Source: Treponemataceae bacterium (GTDB lineage: Bacteria; Spirochaetota; Spirochaetia; Treponematales; Rectinemataceae). From it: a DNA stretch of 64,000 bases. The translations under genes were made by a program, and so were the position numbers. Positions 8,870 through 22,879 of the stretch are shown piece after piece. The stretch's first letter is position 1, and each line of letters starts with the position of its first letter. The notes beneath the pieces were generated by a model. It did not search any database. It saw only the letters and a list, made by a program, of their open reading frames with translations, and was not told the DNA's origin. Location: assembly GCA_963667725.2 (NCBI GenBank), contig CAXXHO010000005.1:1120001-1184000 (forward strand), written 5' to 3'.

Positions 8870-9564
8870 TCGATGGCTCTGAGTCCTCTGCTGCGCACCG
8901 TCTCGATATATCCCGAGCCTGTCGGGCTTGTCCCCAGCTTCTTTCGCAGATTGCGCAGATGGACGTCGAGGGAACGTCCCGCGGCGGCTTCCCTGGCAAG
9001 GTTGAGCGATTCAACTAGTTCGTTTTTTGAGAAAACAATGCCTGGCCTGCGCGAGAGCGCGGCGAGAAGGGAAAACTCGGTAGGCGAGAGCGGAACCTTT
9101 TTGCCGGATTTTTCCACTTCGAAGCCTTCCATGTCTATCGTGAGATCCTGGATACGGATCCTGCCGTCGCCGCCAGCCGCCGGTTGCCGGCCCGAGCGGC
9201 GCAGCACGGCCTCGATGCGCGCGAAGAGCTCGCGAAGGCTGAAAGGCTTCGTGATATAGTCGTCGGCGCCGAGGCTCAATCCCGTCACCTTGTCGTCCTC
9301 CTCGCTCTTCGCGGTGAGGAAGATTATGGGGATATCCCTGGTAGTGGCGTTCTGCTTCAGCGCCGCGCAGGTTTCGGCGCCGTTCATGCCGGGAAGCATG
9401 GAATCGAGGAGAATGAGGTCCGGGCGCTCGCCGCGGGCGACGGCTATCGCCTCATAGCCATCGTACGCGATGAGCGATTCGTAGTGGTTCTGCCTGAGGC
9501 TCATCACGAGGAATTCGACGATATGGCGCTCATCGTCGACGATGAGAATTCTCTTTTCGCTCAT
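8866..9564 (-). CDS. OmpR/PhoB-family response regulator
   Basis: ILIVDDE, DLILLD, GADDYITKPF; winged helix LDVHLRNLRKKL and IETVR. Confidence 0.95.
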   Translation of the reverse strand: MSEKRILIVDDERHIVEFLVMSLRQNHYESLIAYDGYEAIAVARGERPDLILLDSMLPGMNGAETCAALKQNATTRDIPIIFLTAKSEEDDKVTGLSLGADDYITKPFSLRELFARIEAVLRRSGRQPAAGGDGRIRIQDLTIDMEGFEVEKSGKKVPLSPTEFSLLAALSRRPGIVFSKNELVESLNLAREAAAGRSLDVHLRNLRKKLGTSPTGSGYIETVRSRGLRAIE

Positions 9565-9576
9565 GCGGCCATGCCC

Positions 9577-10695
9577 TCACACTATCCGGACTGAACCTGT
9601 CGCTAGCAGGACGCCCGTCTCCCTGTCGAAAAGGAGGCAGTGGTCCCCGGCGAAGTCCACGTTCATATCCATATCGATGGGATAGTCGACGGATCCGAAG
9701 ACCACCGATGTCAATTGCTGCCCGTCGATCTGCGCTTTGACGATCGTTTCCATGCCTGAAGGGAGGGTCGAATAGATTTTGGCCGGCAAGCCCTGTTCCA
9801 CTCCCAGCCTGAGGTTTTCCGGCCGGACGCCCAGGCTCACGGGGTGGCCGCGTCGCAGCGTGATGCTCCCTGATGTGGGGGTGAACAGCATGCGCATGCC
9901 CTTGGCTTCTATCTTTATCTCGTCGAGATTCACGTTGCTGCCCGTCGCCTCGATGAAATTTATGGTCGGACTTCCGACGAAGTCGGCCACGAAGATGTTG
10001 GCGGGGCTCGCGTAGACTTGCATCGGCGGTTCGTACTGCTGGAGCAGGCCTTCCTTCATCAGGCAAATCCTGGTGGAGAGCGTCATGGCCTCGAGCTGGT
10101 CGTGGGTGACATAGACGAAGGTCGAATCGGTTTCCAGGTGGAGGCGTTTCAGCTCGGCGCGCATTTCCGTTCTCAGCTTGGCGTCGAGATTGCTCAACGG
10201 CTCGTCGAGGAGGAGGACCTTAGGTCCCGTGGCGAGGGTCCGCGCGATGGCGACGCGCTGCTGCTGTCCGCCCGAGAGCTCGCTCGGGTAACGTTTTTCG
10301 TAGTCGCCGATCTTGAGCATGCCAAGCAGCTCATCGACACGGGAGCGTATCTTGCCCTTGGACCATTTGAGGTTTTCGAGTCCGAAGGCGATGTTCTGGA
10401 ACACCGTCATATGCGGCCAGAGGGCGTAATTCTGGAACAGGAAGCCCACGTCGCGCTTGTCCGGCGCGATGTCGATGCCTTTTTCCGATGAGAAGACGAG
10501 TCTGTCATCGATAAGTATCTCGCCTTCGGTGGGTGTTTCGAGGCCGGCTATCATGCGCAGGGTGGTCGTCTTGCCGCAGCCCGAAGGTCCGAGGAGGGTG
10601 ACGAAATCGCCGTCCTGGATGACGATATCGAGGTGGTCGACGGCAGTGGACTTGCCGAACTTTTTGGTGATGTTTTTCAGCGTGATCTGCGGCAT
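9577..10695 (-). CDS. ABC transporter ATP-binding subunit (FbpC/AfuC-like)
   Basis: GPSGCGKT, LSGGQQQR, LLLDEP, VTHDQ; start taken at MPQITLK. Confidence 0.93.
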   Translation of the reverse strand: MPQITLKNITKKFGKSTAVDHLDIVIQDGDFVTLLGPSGCGKTTTLRMIAGLETPTEGEILIDDRLVFSSEKGIDIAPDKRDVGFLFQNYALWPHMTVFQNIAFGLENLKWSKGKIRSRVDELLGMLKIGDYEKRYPSELSGGQQQRVAIARTLATGPKVLLLDEPLSNLDAKLRTEMRAELKRLHLETDSTFVYVTHDQLEAMTLSTRICLMKEGLLQQYEPPMQVYASPANIFVADFVGSPTINFIEATGSNVNLDEIKIEAKGMRMLFTPTSGSITLRRGHPVSLGVRPENLRLGVEQGLPAKIYSTLPSGMETIVKAQIDGQQLTSVVFGSVDYPIDMDMNVDFAGDHCLLFDRETGVLLATGSVRIV

Positions 10696-10696
10696 A

Positions 10697-12490
10697 TCAG
10701 GTCCCGATTCCTTTATCGATGGATGCACCGGTTATCTTGTTGATGGCGGTGTTGAACACGAGCACGATGGCGACGATGAGGAGGTTAATGGCGTTGGCAT
10801 ATTGATTCCAGCCCTTTTCGTTGTACTGGAAAAGCAGGGTCGTGATGACGCGGTTGGCCGGCGTGATCAGCAACACGAAAAGCGACAGTTCGCGCATGCA
10901 GGATATGAAGGGCAGGAGATATCCGGAGAGGAAGCTCGCCTTCTGGATGGGGAAGATTATCTTCGTCATGCGCTTCCACCAGGGGATGCCCAGGATGAGA
11001 CCGGCTTCCTCGATTTCGCCCGAAAGCTGGAGCATGGCGTTGATGCCTGAGCGGGAAGCGAAGGGCAGATACTTCACGGCGCCCACGAGGACGAGAAGGG
11101 CGAATGATCCGTAAAGCGAGGGTATGATCAGCGTAGGTTTGGAGAACATCGAAAGGTAGATGGCGCCGAAAGCCATCGATGGCAGCAGGTAGGGGAAAAA
11201 GGCCAGATTGTTGACCGCGGCGGAAAGCTTCGTGCCTCTCGCGCGGACGATGGAGTAGCCGGCCAGGCCGCCGATCGTGCCCGAAAAGAAAGCGACGACG
11301 ACGGAGAGCTTGATGCTGTTCCAGAGGGCGATATAGAGGTACTTGTTTCGTAGCACGCCCGGCTCGCCCCCGCCCACATCCTCTGCGCCCTGGCCAACCC
11401 AGAACTGGGTCGTGAAATTCTTGAGGGAGTAATCGCCGGGCGCCATGATGAAGGATTCGATGGCGAAGGTGACGAGGGGCAGAATGGCTATGGCGCAGAT
11501 GAGGATCACCATCGCCGCCGAGACGGGCGTGCGGAATTTCCGCAGGTTCACGAGAGAGGAGTTGGAGCTCTTCCCGCTTATGGTGGTGAAGGATTTGCGT
11601 TTGCCGACGAACCACTGGTTGGCGGCCAGGATGAGGGTGCCGATGACGATCATGACGACGGCCATGATGTAGCCGTAGCCGGGGTTGAGGCCGTTGAGGG
11701 TGCGGTACAATTGCGTGGTAAGAACCTGGAAGCGCACGGGGGTGCCCAGAAAAGCCGGCACGGCAAAGGCGCTCATCGAAGAGGAGAATACGAGGAGAAA
11801 CGTGGAAAGAATGGCCGGCATTATGATGGGAAGGTTGATGCGGGTGATAATTTTCGCCCGCGAGGCCTTGAGGATCATGGCCGCTTCCTCGAGGTTGGCG
11901 TCCATGTTGCGCAGGATGCCTCCGATGAGGATGTAGGCGAAGGGCGAATAGTGAAGCCCCAGCACGACGCTCGTGGGGAAGATGCCGTAGGCGAACCAGT
12001 TGGGCGTGGCTATCCCCGTCAGGGCGGTGAAGAGACCTGGGGCGCCGCCGACGAGGCGATTGCGGAAGAAGTTGAGCCAGGCCATGGCGAGGGTCCAGGA
12101 AGGCATTATATAGGGAAAGATGAAGACGACGGAGATGAACTTCTTGTAGCGTATGTTGGTCCGCGTCATGAGCCAGGCCACGGCTCCGCCCAAGAGTATC
12201 GCTATGATGCTGCTGTAGAGCGAAACCTTGACCGTGTTCCAGAGAGGCTGGTAGAAGAGCTTGAGGCTCCTCTCCCCGTCAAGGAAGACCTTCCGCCAGT
12301 GGAAAAGCGTCACGTCGTTCACTTTGGCGTGTTTCACCGACATGATCTCGGAGGGGTGGACGATGAAGGTGTCCCTGACGAGGGATACAAGCGGGAAGAG
12401 CGTGAGATAGGCCAGGGCTATCGCCAGGATGACTAATATCACGTTGTGAGGCTTTTTGATGAAAGCCCTGAATCTATTGGCTATCTTCAC
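10697..12490 (-). CDS. ABC permease with duplicated transmembrane domain (FbpB/AfuB-like)
   Basis: Two EAA loops (LEEAAMILKA, IEEAGLILG); about 12 hydrophobic segments. Confidence 0.92.
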   Translation of the reverse strand: MKIANRFRAFIKKPHNVILVILAIALAYLTLFPLVSLVRDTFIVHPSEIMSVKHAKVNDVTLFHWRKVFLDGERSLKLFYQPLWNTVKVSLYSSIIAILLGGAVAWLMTRTNIRYKKFISVVFIFPYIMPSWTLAMAWLNFFRNRLVGGAPGLFTALTGIATPNWFAYGIFPTSVVLGLHYSPFAYILIGGILRNMDANLEEAAMILKASRAKIITRINLPIIMPAILSTFLLVFSSSMSAFAVPAFLGTPVRFQVLTTQLYRTLNGLNPGYGYIMAVVMIVIGTLILAANQWFVGKRKSFTTISGKSSNSSLVNLRKFRTPVSAAMVILICAIAILPLVTFAIESFIMAPGDYSLKNFTTQFWVGQGAEDVGGGEPGVLRNKYLYIALWNSIKLSVVVAFFSGTIGGLAGYSIVRARGTKLSAAVNNLAFFPYLLPSMAFGAIYLSMFSKPTLIIPSLYGSFALLVLVGAVKYLPFASRSGINAMLQLSGEIEEAGLILGIPWWKRMTKIIFPIQKASFLSGYLLPFISCMRELSLFVLLITPANRVITTLLFQYNEKGWNQYANAINLLIVAIVLVFNTAINKITGASIDKGIGT

Positions 12491-12502
12491 ACTATCCCTT
12501 TA

Positions 12503-13600
12503 TTAGTTGCTCGAAATCGTGTTGACGAATTCCTCGACATCAGCCCTGTTCTCGAAGAGGTAGGCGGGGTCCTCGATGATGAGCTTGGGTTCCCAGAAGG
12601 ACATGGGATGATCTGCCGGATCGACGGGAATCATCGGATTGGATGAGTAGGATCCGACATCCTTGCTCCAGGGAGCAAAACCTTCGGCGGTCAGCAGGTA
12701 CTCGATGAAGAGCTTGGCGGCGTTCTTGTTCTTCGCGTTCTTCGTCATATGGAGGAAGGCGGGATAGAGAAAACCGGAGAAGGGCTGAACATCGGTCATC
12801 GGGAGGAGGGCGAGGTTCTTCTTCGCGTCGTAGCGAGTCTTCGAGTAGACGAAGAGGCCCATGGTCTGGGCGGGCTGGCCTTTGATGCCGACGTTTTCCG
12901 AAATGGTGGTGTCGCTGTTGCCGAGGAGGAGTCCGTTCTGGAAAAAGCGTTTGATCCACTCATAGCCGGCGTTCTTCGTGGTGAGCGCGAGTTTCTTGCC
13001 GTAGAGGTTCTGATAGGCCTTTTCCAGTTTGGCGCTCCATTCGGGAGAGGTGAGCATGGTGAGGAAGTTCTGGTTGACGCCTTCGAGTTTCGGGTCCTTG
13101 AACTGGACGAGTCCCTTCCATTTTGGCTCGGTGAGTTCCCATACGTTCTTGATGACAGGTGTCTGAGTCTTTTCGCTGTTGAAGATGAATACCTTGTTGA
13201 TGTACTGGAAAACCAGGGGGTCCTGGTATTGCTTCGGAATGACGTTCTTCATCGATTCCGGGACGTAGTTGACGAGGTAGCCTGTGCTGATGAGCTGGCC
13301 ATAGACGCGGCCCGAATCCTGGGAGATGACGAAGTCGGCGCCCTGAATGTTGCCGCCCACTTCACGGGTAACCTTCTCGATAAGCTCCCCATCCTTGAGA
13401 TTGTAGGCTTCCACTTTGATGCCATACTTTTTCTCGAAGGCGGCGGCGGCGTTGGAAATGCGCGAGGTTATCGAATAGACGACGACTTTGCCTTCCTTTT
13501 TAGCGGCGGCGACGATTTCCGCGCTCGGTTCTGCCCAGGTGCCCGACGCGACAAGCGCCAGAAGTCCGAAAACGATGAACAACCTGCATGCTTTATTCAC
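12503..13600 (-). CDS. ABC substrate-binding protein (FbpA/AfuA-like clade)
   Basis: Signal peptide, AAAKKEGKVVVYS, WELTEPKWKG, AAKLFIEYLLT; GTG start at 13600 follows GGAGG. Confidence 0.85.
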   Translation of the reverse strand: MNKACRLFIVFGLLALVASGTWAEPSAEIVAAAKKEGKVVVYSITSRISNAAAAFEKKYGIKVEAYNLKDGELIEKVTREVGGNIQGADFVISQDSGRVYGQLISTGYLVNYVPESMKNVIPKQYQDPLVFQYINKVFIFNSEKTQTPVIKNVWELTEPKWKGLVQFKDPKLEGVNQNFLTMLTSPEWSAKLEKAYQNLYGKKLALTTKNAGYEWIKRFFQNGLLLGNSDTTISENVGIKGQPAQTMGLFVYSKTRYDAKKNLALLPMTDVQPFSGFLYPAFLHMTKNAKNKNAAKLFIEYLLTAEGFAPWSKDVGSYSSNPMIPVDPADHPMSFWEPKLIIEDPAYLFENRADVEEFVNTISSN

Positions 13601-13613
13601 GATAGCCTCCATT

Positions 13614-13669
13614 TGTTAAGGTTGTGTTAAGATGGAGTCCATGCTAACCGTGGATTGGCTATCTGTCAA
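13614..13669 (-). promoter_or_regulatory. Sigma70-type promoter followed by a TTAACA-N5-TTAACA direct repeat
   Basis: TTGACA (13669-13664), 17 nt, TAGCAT (13646-13641); CTTAACA repeated with an 11-bp period at 13631-13625 and 13620-13614. Confidence 0.7.
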
Positions 13670-13692
13670 TCAAAATTATCCGTCAAACGCAT

Positions 13693-18315
<4,623 letters not shown>

Positions 18316-18412
18316 ATGTAACTGCCGATAGTAACAGCAGCGATTCTGGAATGCAAGAGGAGATTTCAGGGATTCTTTGAGACGCTTTTTTCTATCTTCC
18401 GTTCGCGGCGGT

Positions 18413-19504
18413 TTATTTTTCGGTCGGGGAAGGTTTCCTCGGCGCGAGCCGCGTCACATAGAGGAAAAGGGCTGCCGATATGCAGAAAGAGACGAAGGTG
18501 AGGCAATGGGCGAGGAAATTTTTCGTGGTTCGGGCGACGATGAAAAGGGAGGCCTGCGTCGCCATGACGAAATATACGATGTTCAGGATTTGCAGCGGCG
18601 TATAGCCGTGGTCCAGGAGAAGGTGATGGATATGTTTGCGGTCGGGCGAGCCGATGGACAGGCCGGCGCGGACGCGTCTGACGATGGCGCGAAGAGTGTC
18701 GATCATGGGGATGGCCAACAAGGCCATCGAGGGAAGCAGGCCGGGGGACCATGAACCCTCGGCCGCCGAGAGGCCGATTTTTGTCTGCCCGAGGAAGGGC
18801 ATCACCGAGAGAGCGAATCCAAGGAAGAGACTGCCCGAGTCGCCCATGAAAAGCTTGGCTTTGGGAGCGGGGAAATTCACCGAGAGGAATCCGATCACGA
18901 CGCCGGCGAGCGTAAGGCAGATGTAGGCGCCGGGAACGTCGCCCCCCAGGAGATAGAAAAAGCCGAAGGCGATCGAAGCGATGGCCGATATTCCGCCCGC
19001 GAGTCCGTCCATCCCGTCGATGAGGTTGACGGCGTTCGTCATGCCGACGATCCAGCCCCAGCTGATGATGATAGAAGAAAGGCCCAGGGAGCCTGATAGG
19101 GCATCCGTACCGTAGCCGAAACCCCGGAAGCTGAACCCCGAGACCACGATGAAAGCGGCGATAATGGATTGAACGATGAATTTCTTTTTAGCGGGAATAC
19201 TGCGGATGTCGTCGGCGAGGCCGAGGAAGTGCATGCCCGCCGCTCCCAGCGCCAGCGGCGCAAGGCCTGTCAATCTTGCCGAAAAGCCGGCAAGGGCGCC
19301 GCGGCTCCCAATCAGTCCGAAGATGCCCAAGGCCAAGAAGAATGCCCAGAACATTCCGATACCGCCCAGCCGGGGGATCTTTCCGCTGTGGATTTTTCTC
19401 CCGCCCGTGCTGTCGTAGAGATTTTTCTTCTGGGCGAAGCCTATGATCATGGGCATGGAAAGCGCCGACAGCATTGTCGAAACTACGATCGTCGAATAGT
19501 ACAT
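18413..19504 (-). CDS. WecA/TagO-type undecaprenyl-phosphate sugar-1-phosphate transferase (MraY family)
   Basis: RKIH..IPRLGG, GLADD, NAVNLIDGMDGLA, LFMGDSGS, PDRKHIHH. Confidence 0.9.
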   Translation of the reverse strand: MYYSTIVVSTMLSALSMPMIIGFAQKKNLYDSTGGRKIHSGKIPRLGGIGMFWAFFLALGIFGLIGSRGALAGFSARLTGLAPLALGAAGMHFLGLADDIRSIPAKKKFIVQSIIAAFIVVSGFSFRGFGYGTDALSGSLGLSSIIISWGWIVGMTNAVNLIDGMDGLAGGISAIASIAFGFFYLLGGDVPGAYICLTLAGVVIGFLSVNFPAPKAKLFMGDSGSLFLGFALSVMPFLGQTKIGLSAAEGSWSPGLLPSMALLAIPMIDTLRAIVRRVRAGLSIGSPDRKHIHHLLLDHGYTPLQILNIVYFVMATQASLFIVARTTKNFLAHCLTFVSFCISAALFLYVTRLAPRKPSPTEK

Positions 19505-19505
19505 G

Positions 19506-20048
19506 CTATTCAGCCGTCTCCTTCAGAAGCGTCATGAATGCCAGCAATGGCGTCTTGAATTCCCTGAAGCCGCCCTCCTTGGAATATATTCTCAATAGCG
19601 CATAACTGTCTTTCATCAACGATGAGCGATTATAGAAATCGTCCTCGTTCATGAAAAATCGAATCGTGTACTCCATCGCGCCGCTATTCAGCTTTTTGGA
19701 AGTTGCCTTGCCGTACATGCTGAGCTTCCCTTCCGAGGGGAACTGCCACTCGAATTCTCCGGAGGCGATGAAATCGTTGCTGCACTCCAAAATGGCGCTG
19801 AGATACTTCAGCTTGCGGTCTTCGGTCAAAGCCGCCGAGAAGCAGAATCTGCCGATATCCAGAGCGGGATTCTGAACATTGACCTTGCAGACGATGAGCG
19901 GCGGGGTTTGGTCCAGTTTTTCCTTGCTTATGTGGTAAACAGAATTGTCGAGCTGAATTTCCCTGACAACAGCGTTCTGGGCGAAAGAAATAGTTCCCAT
20001 AGCCAGAAAAAGAACAAGTGAAAAAGTAAAACTTTTATTACGCATCAC
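19506..20048 (-). CDS. Hypothetical secreted protein (AT-rich)
   Basis: 180-aa ORF with signal peptide (...TISFAQ); abuts the wecA-like gene. Confidence 0.6.
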   Translation of the reverse strand: MMRNKSFTFSLVLFLAMGTISFAQNAVVREIQLDNSVYHISKEKLDQTPPLIVCKVNVQNPALDIGRFCFSAALTEDRKLKYLSAILECSNDFIASGEFEWQFPSEGKLSMYGKATSKKLNSGAMEYTIRFFMNEDDFYNRSSLMKDSYALLRIYSKEGGFREFKTPLLAFMTLLKETAE

Positions 20049-20142
20049 TTTTATGAATCAGCCATACTTGTTATCATGTTGCTTATTTTTTCTCGATGAT
20101 TTTCTAAATATGAGTAACTGATTCATTCTCCCTTTTGTAAGG

Positions 20143-20171
20143 ATTCTGGAACTGATTGAAACCGTTGTCAA
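20143..20171 (-). promoter_or_regulatory. Putative sigma70 promoter
   Basis: TTGACA-N17-CAGAAT upstream of the 20048 start. Confidence 0.5.
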
Positions 20172-20179
20172 GCCATGTT

Positions 20180-20851
20180 TCATAATCCCAAGGAGGTAAC
20201 CGCCAGCCCCGCTCCCCCCATCACCAAGGGAATGGCGATGCCAATCGCGGCGTGCGCCGTCACGAGCCCAAGATGGGCCTCATGATCTCCCCTCTTTAAC
20301 GCGTCGGTGGTCATGACGCCGATGAGGATTTCGCTGGCCATGAGCGCCGCGTGGGTTATGAAGGAGACAAGGTGGATGTCAGACGCGAGGGTTCTTTCGC
20401 CTTTGGGCAGCTTCATGGAGAGCCCTGTGACCGCGTTGCCGAGATAGAGGGTTTCTCCCGTCAAGAGAAAGCCCACGTGGAGCCAGCGGAGCGTCTGTCC
20501 GTTTTCCCATAATCCGCCGAGCGCGTTCCGGATGGCGGGATCGTCCTCATCGTCGATACCCAGATCATGCCTGATGTTGTGGCCTCTGTTCATGAGGTCT
20601 AGAGCGCGCGCCGCGCCGAGAGCGCCTGCCGCGAAGAGAAGCCCCGTCGAGGTCCATCCCGCCACCATGTGATAGTTGAGTTTGCCGGGGAAATCGAGGA
20701 AAGACTTTCGCTCCTGCAGGGTGGGCGCGGTTACCGCATCCTGGGCGCTGAGGCTGGCCAGCGTCAGGATGGCGAGCGCAAGAGTCATTGCCGCGCGAAG
20801 AATCCCCAACCTATGCCATTTTAAAGTTTTCATGGAATAAGTATACGTCAC
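20180..20851 (-). CDS. Hypothetical membrane protein with His-bearing transmembrane helices
   Basis: Signal-like N-terminus and about 4 hydrophobic helices containing His residues; start may be 20833. Confidence 0.65.
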   Translation of the reverse strand: MTYTYSMKTLKWHRLGILRAAMTLALAILTLASLSAQDAVTAPTLQERKSFLDFPGKLNYHMVAGWTSTGLLFAAGALGAARALDLMNRGHNIRHDLGIDDEDDPAIRNALGGLWENGQTLRWLHVGFLLTGETLYLGNAVTGLSMKLPKGERTLASDIHLVSFITHAALMASEILIGVMTTDALKRGDHEAHLGLVTAHAAIGIAIPLVMGGAGLAVTSLGL

Positions 20852-20924
20852 GTCGTCAATTCCCGGTATTTTAGTCCTCCGCGAGAATAACGTATATCAA
20901 ATATTGGGCGGCATCGCGGGGAAA

Positions 20925-21197
20925 TTACGGATTTTCTTTCCAGTACACTCCGGAAAAGGGCCTGGTCGCGCAGACGGCTAGACGGGGTTCGCCGCCCGAA
21001 TCCTTGTACCATACCTCGAATCGGGTTTCGTGCCTTCCTTCGCATTCCATTTCCGTCCATAACGGAGCCCATTTTATGCTTATGGGGGTTCCGCGCTTTC
21101 GCCTCAGTTCCTTCCGTATCTTCCGCTTGCATACCGTCAGATAGGTGATGGGAAGCGCGCAGCCAATGCCAATGGCGATGAGAACTTCGGGAAACAT
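20925..21197 (-). CDS. Small hypothetical membrane-anchored protein
   Basis: N-terminal transmembrane helix followed by a basic tract; GAGG upstream. Confidence 0.5.
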   Translation of the reverse strand: MFPEVLIAIGIGCALPITYLTVCKRKIRKELRRKRGTPISIKWAPLWTEMECEGRHETRFEVWYKDSGGEPRLAVCATRPFSGVYWKENP

Positions 21198-21508
21198 TGA
21201 AACCTCATGTAACGCAGATTTTACGGACTGTTCGGTTTATGTCTCGATTTTACCTCTATATGGGGATAAAACAAGGTGAAATCCGATTTTAAGCGTGATT
21301 TGTGAAACATAAGGCATGCGATGTTTCACAATATGAAATTTTCATTCTTGTTTTCGGCTTACTTCGCGGTTGGGGTCCGCGAACCGATACGGTAATCCTG
21401 CCTTGGGCGGCGCCTGCATTGATTTCCTTGCCGTTGGCCGAGGAATCGGTGGAAATAACCTGGGGCCCAGCGCCCTGGATGAATCCTACGGCATGGCGAG
21501 CGGACTCT

Positions 21509-22879
21509 TTAACGTCGCGGTTTGAGGTTTCGCAGGGAGAGGCGGAGCCGCTCGGCGAGGAAGGCGCGGTGAGTTATTTGGGGGCGAAGGACGGCGAGCC
21601 GAGCGGCTGACGGGGCATCGACGGCCAGGCCGCCATACACTTCCCTCTCCACTGTTTCCGCGATGAATGCGGCCTGGCCGGCACTGGCGGGAAAGGTGGC
21701 GGCCAGGCGCAACGAGTACTCCCTCGCCGTTTCGCATGGCTTGCGGGGCAGACCAGCGAAGCGGCCGACGGCCAAAAGCCGCGCGTACATCGCCAGGGCA
21801 GCGCTACCGTAACCGCTTCGGCGCAGGTTTCGGGCGATAAAGCCGCCGATCCGGGACATAATCTCCGCCAAAGCCTTTAAGACGGTCTTCAGCCAATTAA
21901 AAATAGAGCGTGAACCCGGATCGTCGGTCACTTTTTTCGTGCGGGAAGCGAGCAGGCGGAGAAGCTGAACGATAAGAAAGCCCAGCAGTAATAGCGCGAA
22001 CAATCCCATCACGCCCATGACTATCCACATGACGACAGGATTGGCGGGCTGCTCATCCATCGCGGGTGACGGGTTGGAGGAGATAGCGTCACCATCCTGC
22101 CGAAGAGCGCCGAACTTCGCCCTCCTCTCCCTGAAAAGCCATTGGAGGATGTCCAAAATCATGCGCAGAACGGGCACCGAAGCGCGCTTTAAAGCGACAA
22201 CGGCCTGCCTGGCCGGTTCGGTGAGGGCGGGCACGAGAAGAAGAATGCCGGCTCCGGCAAGGACGAAAATGACGGCCACGGAAGCGACCATCGTCCTCCG
22301 TGATTTGGGCGAAAGCCCGCCGCGGTTGGCGCCTTCGCTCTTGGACAGGCCGAGGGCGAGAATGCCAAAAAGGAAAAAGGGTATGACGAGCCGACTCGGG
22401 AAAGGATTCTCCACATGGATGAGCGCCGTCAGGAGGAAAGCCGCGAGCAGCAGGGCGATGCCCTCGTCGAAACGCGCGGCGCAGAACTCATGGTCGGCTT
22501 TCTGCGCTTCGAGCCAGGCCGCGCGAAGCCAGAATGCCGCGATGATCGTCAGCATAAAGAGGTAGGAAGCCGAGTCGCCGTCATTTCGGGGCAAAAGGGC
22601 GGCCAAATCAAAGCCATCGCCGAGGAATGACGAATATATCGCCGCGAAGGAGAAGGCGAAAGCCGCCAGCTCAATAAGGGCGAACCACGCGATGCGCATG
22701 TTCTTTCGGCGGAGAAAGCGGCTGAGCGCGAGAGAAAAGAAAAAGGCGAGGGAGGCGAAGGCATAGGGGAAGGCGCCGCTCAATGAAAGGATGTTTCCGA
22801 ATGCCTGGAAAGCGTATGAAGCGAGAAGGAGGAGCTTCATGAGGTCCATGGCGGCGAGGAAGACGAGGGAGGCTTTCAT
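21509..22879 (-). CDS. DUF4129-containing multi-pass membrane protein
   Basis: Many transmembrane helices; C-terminal YARLL..GLPRKPCETAREY..EVYGG matches DUF4129; ATGA overlap with the DUF58 gene. Confidence 0.8.
   Translation of the reverse strand: MKASLVFLAAMDLMKLLLLASYAFQAFGNILSLSGAFPYAFASLAFFFSLALSRFLRRKNMRIAWFALIELAAFAFSFAAIYSSFLGDGFDLAALLPRNDGDSASYLFMLTIIAAFWLRAAWLEAQKADHEFCAARFDEGIALLLAAFLLTALIHVENPFPSRLVIPFFLFGILALGLSKSEGANRGGLSPKSRRTMVASVAVIFVLAGAGILLLVPALTEPARQAVVALKRASVPVLRMILDILQWLFRERRAKFGALRQDGDAISSNPSPAMDEQPANPVVMWIVMGVMGLFALLLLGFLIVQLLRLLASRTKKVTDDPGSRSIFNWLKTVLKALAEIMSRIGGFIARNLRRSGYGSAALAMYARLLAVGRFAGLPRKPCETAREYSLRLAATFPASAGQAAFIAETVEREVYGGLAVDAPSAARLAVLRPQITHRAFLAERLRLSLRNLKPRR

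Noticed and set aside
7733..9259. 508-aa plus-strand ORF, and similar long ORFs at 3687-4913, 14215-15987, 27113-29236, 55772-58093 and 58814-60139
   Set aside because: Antisense shadows of well-supported genes, expected in high-GC DNA; no motifs
12503..13612. Default call of an iron(III) ABC transporter
   Set aside because: The family is right, but nothing in the sequence fixes the ligand; the RapZ domain and PhoP/PhoR-like context argue against assuming iron
21302..21610. 102-aa plus-strand ORF
   Set aside because: Starts inside a palindrome, has no RBS, overlaps the DUF4129 gene end and has no recognisable features
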